The notes beneath the pieces are model-generated. The model was not told where the DNA came from. It was given only the letters and a program-made list of their open reading frames with translations, and ran no database searches. A program made the position numbers and the translations under genes. Of a stretch of 64,000 nt of DNA, positions 37,299 to 64,000 are shown piece after piece. Source of the stretch: Lingula anatina. Taxonomy: Eukaryota > Animalia > Brachiopoda. Position 1 is the stretch's first letter. Every line of letters begins with the position of its first letter. The stretch spans positions 15,700,567 through 15,764,566 of the forward strand of contig CM120649.1 in NCBI GenBank assembly GCA_051362555.1, written 5' to 3'.

Positions 37299-37432
37299 CG
37301 TAGCAATAGTCCAAAGGACTTAAGGTTCAATAGTCCGAAGGTTCATTGGTCCGAATGTTCACCATAGAACCTTCGGACCAATGAACCCTTGATTAAAAAA
37401 TCGATGAAAATGTTACCACTTTTCGGACCATT
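37299..37432. repeat. Small foldback element built from direct and inverted subrepeats of about 16 bp
   Basis: aggttcaatagtccga / aggttcattggtccga followed by inverted gaaccttcggaccaatgaacc and ttcggaccatt. Confidence 0.6.
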
Positions 37433-37791
37433 ACAGTATAAGACAGAAAACCGACGCAAAGTATAGTGGCACTAGTAGTACTACTGCACTTAAAGTGTAC
37501 ACTGGAATTTTGTATGGCTTTTTAACGAAGAGAAATCGTTATACGTTACAAATGTGTGTCACTTTGGAAATAATTTCTCCATATGAGGAACGATTGTAGA
37601 AACGAAGAACACTTGATTTCTTGACATTCCACAATCAAAAATGTCAAATATCTAGTATGTTTCGACCTTTTAAAAATGAACACCTTGCGCCTTTGTAACC
37701 CCCTTCCCACCGTACAATCAATATTCAGCCTAGTTACAAGAAATAACAACAGTCTTATATCACACCTGGCGAAAAAAACACCTGGACTCAC

Positions 37792-37951
37792 CTGTATCCG
37801 TCAGTAAACTTATCAGAGGAAAGGTTGCCGTTCACATATCGCGGCGAATCATGAAAGCTGCCATATTTGGTCATGTGATAGAATATCTCGTCACTGATTG
37901 GTCAGTTGTGAAAATCACATGGTCAAGGGTGAAAGCCGTGAATGAGAGAAG

Positions 37952-37970
<19 letters not shown>
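37792..37970. promoter_or_regulatory. Compact bidirectional promoter, CCDC160 (-) / glycogenin (+)
   Basis: Minus-strand donor CAG|GTGAGT at 37792 and plus-strand ATG 37952 / donor 37970 are under 200 bp apart. Inverted E-box pair GTCATGTGAT (37870) and ATCACATGG (37914) around ATTGG (37897); YY1-like AAGATGGC over the ATG. Confidence 0.7.
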
Positions 37971-58062
<20,092 letters not shown>

Positions 58063-59291
58063 GTGGGGCTTTATGGCTGCATCAAATATTTGATGACCGG
58101 TCAGGCCTAGAGGCAGGGGAGGGGGGTTAAGAGAACCTCCTTTTTGGATGTAGAAGAGGTCTCCCCTTACTCCTAGTTTAGTGCCATTAATCAAGTTGTG
58201 TCTACTAAAAAGGGTCCATTTTTTCAGAAAAAAATACCCTCACCCCCTGCCTTAGAGTTAGCTCACTAAAGATCTGCTGGTGGATTCAGTTTGATCAGCT
58301 ATAGAACGTGAGGTGGCTGGGCCGAGTCTGGCTTTTATTTGAGTGGTTGGTGATTGGTTTGAGGTCAGGCGATATATCAGTACATATAGGTGAAGAGAGA
58401 GGAAAGAAAGGAGGCTATATTCAGTATACACTGCACTGCTTGGCATATGGTGTTTTTTTACACTGAAGTTCATGGTGAAAGGAGGCAAGTGGTTGGTGAT
58501 GGAAGTACTTAGCTTTGTAGAATTTGATCACATTTTCTTTATTCTTCATTCTGAGATTAAATTTTCAACTAAAATTGAGTTTTTGGTTAGAGGAGACACC
58601 TTTTGTACATTCAAAAGGGTGATTTTTTTTTTATTCTTTATTATGAATCGGTGAACTTGCCTGCTTTAGCTTTAAACTGACTGTGTTGAAACAATCTGTT
58701 GCACCAACTCTGATGATAGTATATATTATAACTAACACATAGATGTTAAGAAGAATATGCACACAGGGTTATGTGTTGGATCGTGTTTGATCGTGCACAT
58801 GTGCTTGTGTGCTCATATCTGTGTGCGTAATTCAAATTGTGTATGTCTCTCTGTGTGTGTATATGTGTGCACAGTGTGTGTGTGTGTATGTGGGGTGGAG
58901 GCACAAATTTTCAGTGACATGAGATATTGGCTGTGCTGTGTATATTTGTTTTAGTGTGTGTATATATGTGGACATATCTGTGTGTGTGCTGGTATACAGA
59001 TAAGATAACGATGCTGATGTCCAGAACCTGCCCAAGTGTATGAGAAAACTGGCCTTGTTATTGAAAGTGAGACCAAAATCAGGCAGAGAACATGCTTAAG
59101 TCTTCCTGAACCCTAGTCCCTGTAAAACTATAGCACAGCTCATGTTAAAAAGCACATCTCTTTTTTTTGTTAAGTTTAAACCTAAACAAAATGATTTACA
59201 AATGAATAAAATGACATAGAAACCAACTATTACAGTGATGAGAGGCTCTACCTTTTATACATTCAAAGAAATAAGATGCGTTAAGATAGAT

Positions 59292-59450
59292 CAGGGCCGT
59301 AGCCTTAGCAAAATCCCAGGGGGGGGGCAGTAAGCGGACACGAGGGGGCGAAGCCCCCGAGGGGGGAGGGGGTGTCCCCCTACCAGTGTGGAAAATTCTA
59401 AATCCCAGGGGGGCAGCTGCCCCCCTGCCCCCCTGGAGGCTACGGCCCTG
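59292..59450. mobile_element. GC-rich MITE with 5-bp TSD (TAGAT)
   Basis: CAGGGCCGTAGCCT..AGGCTACGGCCCTG, TAGAT at 59287-59291 and 59451-59455. Confidence 0.88.
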
Positions 59451-60865
59451 TAGATCTATACAGGATGTTTGAACACAATATCAATAGTGAGAACAGCTGT
59501 ACGTAGCTGAAAACTGTAGGGAAAAAAGAATAAATAACAAACACTTTACACCTTAAAATGTGAATGGTAGCTCGTATATTTATGTTATTTTGGCTGTTAT
59601 TCGACACCACTGTGCAAACCTGAGTGTTGTCAAAAAGGCTGATGCCTCAGCGGAACAACAAAGCCACTTTTCTTCAAAAACAGAATGTAGGGTTATTATG
59701 TAAAGAGCAATCAGTATGCGGCTGGACAGGTTGTTGTGAAATAATCATTTTATAGCTGAGTAAATTAGATGATAGGAGTCAAATTATGGAGTTTTTGGGT
59801 GAGGGGAGGGGGCTCTTTGTGGCATACGATAAATGGGTATTAAACTATAATTACTGTATTGGCTATTGTGTTCTCTGGTCTCAGATTTTCTTGTCAGTTT
59901 TGGTGACAACTTGATAAGATCTAGAATTATAAATGCATTTTGGTAACTTTTTTGACACACCTTGTATTGAGATAAGAAGTAATAAAGGGATAAAACAGAT
60001 AGGCTAGGGGAAGTAAACGGGGTTCTAGAAGAACTACATCTGGTATCACATTAAAGTACACCTTTTTTATTGGTGTTTGAGAAAATGTTTTGACCAGAGT
60101 CATATTTTAGATGGTTCTTAGTTGGCACTTACTCAACTGATGGTAATAAGAAACGGAAGCTGTTTTGTAGTTAGAGGTGACCCTGTTTGATTATTCAATG
60201 TTGAATTACTTTAAGTGTTTACAGCTTTTACAGAAGACTTTTGTCACTTTCACTGTAACACTGATTTTTAAACCTCAGTACAAAGAGCAAGGTTGCCTGT
60301 GTTAAAAATGAAAATAAGGGCAAGTTTCAAAGAGCATTTTAATTACAATTTTTAATTATCAGAAATGGGGTGATGGAAACATACTGAAGTACAAGTAAAC
60401 TATATAGGACACCAGAGGTATACGTGAGGTTCTTTTGTAAAAAAAGAAAAAAAAGGGGGAAAAAAGGCAAAAGAAAAAAAGAATGAAGTACACTTAAGAG
60501 AATAAGAGAAAGGAAAGAGGATGGGATAGCACATGTGGTATGACCTTGGCAAACAGGCTGTCTAGCAATGGGTACACACTGCGAACACACTACGTCTGGG
60601 TTGGGGTGACATTGGAAGACATCAAGGTCACGTACTGGAAAATACGTTTTATTATACCCCTCTTGTTTTGATTTTTCTTTAATCCACAAATCCAAATGTT
60701 TGTTGTGCATTCTTGTTACTAAAGAAGTGATTTTCATTTGGAAATAATGGGGGCAAGTTGGGTGTAGGTGTGAGATAGGTGAAGGTGTGATGTGGTTGAC
60801 TTTTGCAAGGTGTTTTAGAGTGTGTATAAAGAGTGTGACTCTGTGGTCAAGGCATGTGCTGATGG

Positions 60866-60909
<44 letters not shown>

Positions 60910-61699
60910 GCGTGTGCATGAGTTTGTGGATAGTATGTATGTCTAAGTGTGGATTTTTTAATCTGAATGTAGTGCAGTTGTATAACTGCATTTTATTCAT
61001 TTGTTTGATTGTTTATTTATTTCAATTATTATTTTTATATGGACATAGGGAATGAGTGCATTGCATGTGTGTGTGTGTGTGAGAAAGAGAGAGAGAGAGT
61101 AAAGATTTGCTGACTTCAGAGAGAATCACCATGTTAATGTGTGATAGTAGTCACTGTGTGTAAGATGGGTGAATGAAAGCTTATATGTCATTTTTAGCAC
61201 AGGCTCAGGCTTAATGTCTCTCTGCACGTTATCTCTATATACCACAAATATACAAACTTGGTCCAGGGACAAATTATCTATTGTCAACTGACCACTGCAC
61301 ATGGTGTGCAGATATTCACAATTTTACAGTATCAAAAGTAGAAATGGGAGGGAAATCTTGATAGATTTTCATGGGGCTCCCAATGGTTGAAACCAGTGTG
61401 TGACAGCAGTGGTTTCAGTGTTGAGGATAGTTGTCATAGGTTGTCTTGAAACTGAATTTTAAAAAGGAGTTCACATTGTCATAGGATTAGGCTTGTGGTT
61501 CTGTCCCAGATTTGGGAGCTCTGGTGGTTAAAGCTAGGGTGAGATAAGAGAGATGATGGTTGAAACTGACCAGACACCTGTCTAGTATAGATATGGCCAC
61601 AGATTTAATGTTCTGGTGGGACTGCATGGACCCAGGGGATTATACCTACCCCCCACCCCACCCTACCCCCACCCTCTCTTTCCTTTTCAATTCCCCTTC

Positions 61700-61790
<91 letters not shown>

Positions 61791-64000
61791 CAGGCAGCAA
61801 ACTTGTATGTATGGCGTACATATTTTGGTATATATATATATTTTTTTTATGTGGCTAGCTCATAAAAAGGGATTGTCTTCTGAGTATTTGTTGTGTCGTT
61901 GAAAATGTGGCTCTTCACGATGAAAATCACTGTGGGAGAAAAGATAACTTGTCTTTGGTGCTCTTGAAACTGATGTCCTCGGAATAATGTGACAGACCTG
62001 TTGATATGAGACATTGATCACCGTCATCATATTACATGATAAATGTCACCAGTTGAACTTACCACCTGTTGCTATGACGATTATACCATGCCTGATAATG
62101 TTACCTCATAATTACTGAGTTAAAGTCTGACTTTGGGAGAACTAATTACCTGTGAGACATTAGTGATTCAGAATTTAGATAGGTTTACAACATTAGTGAC
62201 AACACTGTCTATGTCACTTCATATTGAAAATGTGAGTATAGTCCATTTTAGTGAGGCTGAATGATTTTACAATGGTAAAAGCATCTGTCTCTTGTGCGGA
62301 AATGTGTATAAAGCAATAAACAGCAGCAATTTCTGTTTTATGTATCCCTTAATTATGTAACAGGAGAACTGCGTTGTTGTGTTGAAGAAAATTGTCAAAG
62401 TACCTGGCACTGGTAAACTTTGTATGAACTTATGCCTTTTTTTTCTATAGTCGTATTGCTGTCATTGTGAAATGTGGTGATATTTGAAAGTCACCTCTAA
62501 GAAAAATGACCTTTTAATATGCAGTGACTGAGTGTGATTTGTACTAAAATGTATGGAGAGCATATACGGATAGATGTGGTTTTTGTCTTTAGGGTTAAAA
62601 TGGCATGTCTGAGTTACGGTTTAAAACAGATGTCGTTATATCATTGCGTAGGTAGAGAAGACATGTTCCACAGTACCAATATTTTTCTATTTTTTGTTTA
62701 TTTATTCATTTACAGGAAAGTATAGATTGTATATATGTCATTCGTGTTTCAGCCAATATGCAAGTAAAACAATAATGTTCTAACAAATGCTGTTTTTAAT
62801 TTTGTTACTGAAGCATTGTATTGCACCTTGAGTGTTTGATTTCCAAACTGATATTGAATAATAAATCTATTGAGTAGCTACCCATTCAGACATGTAAATT
62901 TAAACTAACCATAATTGTGTCAGAAATAAATACATAAGTTGTGAGGCAAAGGACTGAGAACTTTGGCTTCCTTGGTACCATTGTTTGATGCTTGATTGTT
63001 AAAAAGGTGCATGTTTTTATGCGAGAATAATGAGCATTGAGTCGGACTGAATAACCACAGAGTTCTAGAGCTAGTCAAGGTGACCCTGGGATTAGATATT
63101 CAGATGAATGTAATTTTCCAAAGTGTCTTTTTTTTTCAGTTCTCAAAGCTTTAAATTGAAAATTTATTTTCCTGTTTTTCTACATAGGCAGTGATCAAGC
63201 TTTCAACTTTGGAGATATGTGGCAGAGTTTGGCATGCTCTCCGGTCCAAAGTGGTCCTTGTCTTAACACACATATAAACATTATACTTGTTTCATCTGTA
63301 ATAAAATGTCTTAAAGATTAGCACCCCCCCCCCCCCCCCATCAGAAATAAGCTTTTTTAAAATAAATTTTAATTTTAGATATTTTTTTATATATGACATA
63401 TCAAAATAACTAAAAGTACAATGGGGTTGTCCTGATCCTTTCATCACCACATCACCACAACTTCCACCCCCCCCCCCCCCCCCCCCCCCCCCAATGATAT
63501 ATGAGATATATATCATGGAATCAGACGTGTAAACATGTCCTTGATCTAGTTAGCTGCACTTGGCATGTTATAGTATAGAAAGTAAGCAGCTACATGGAGA
63601 TCATGTGTTTATCACCAGGCAGGCAGATGATAGCCATGAGATGGTGGATTAAGTTATCTGATCACTTTATAATGTATATTTATAGTGTCTTCAGATGGGT
63701 ATTTAGACAGGGGAGGGGGGTGTCAAAAGAACCTCTTTTTTTGGACGCAAAATAGGTCTCCCCTAACTGGTAATTAAGTTTTCATTCAGTACCATTTTTT
63801 TGTTTTGTTTTGTTTTGTTTTTAAATTTAGCGTGAGGTTAATGACCTTAACCTAATGAGTACATGTCTGTCTTTTTTTATATACATACATTAATGGTACT
63901 CCACTTAAACAAACTTGAGAGAAAGAGAGAGAGTGGAGAGGGTGAGAGAGAGAGAGAGACGGAGTGCATCCTTTTGTAAACAGCATGAGGTGAATGACCT

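Overview
AT-rich animal genomic DNA (spliceosomal introns, microsatellites, Tc1/L2/RTE-X elements); probably a lophotrochozoan such as a mollusc, which is inference. Genes reconstructed by eye: (1) a complete minus-strand IAP (3 BIR-UBA-RING, about 612 aa, two coding exons plus a non-coding first exon); (2) an unrecognised three-coding-exon minus-strand orphan gene of about 148 aa (8074-9567) that the ORF track only partly shows; (3) a minus-strand TNF-superfamily ligand of about 210 aa; (4) CCDC160, head-to-head with (5) glycogenin, whose exons carry five 1-nt deletions and whose conserved C-terminal exon I could not find in the window. The most striking structure lies between IAP and the TNF ligand: a roughly 12 kb tandem array (about 11.75-23.3 kb) of about six degenerate cassettes. 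The better-preserved ones carry an NF-kB site cluster, a TATA box and a short first exon resembling the IAP promoter, followed by splice-site-bounded exon-like blocks. Within or beside the array are Tc1, L2 and RTE-X insertions and a stack of four MITEs separated by single TAG triplets. Also present: an Academ-like foldback element, a TIR element with a RecQ helicase remnant, MITEs with 5-bp TSDs and a 42-bp minisatellite. All splice models are unverified predictions.
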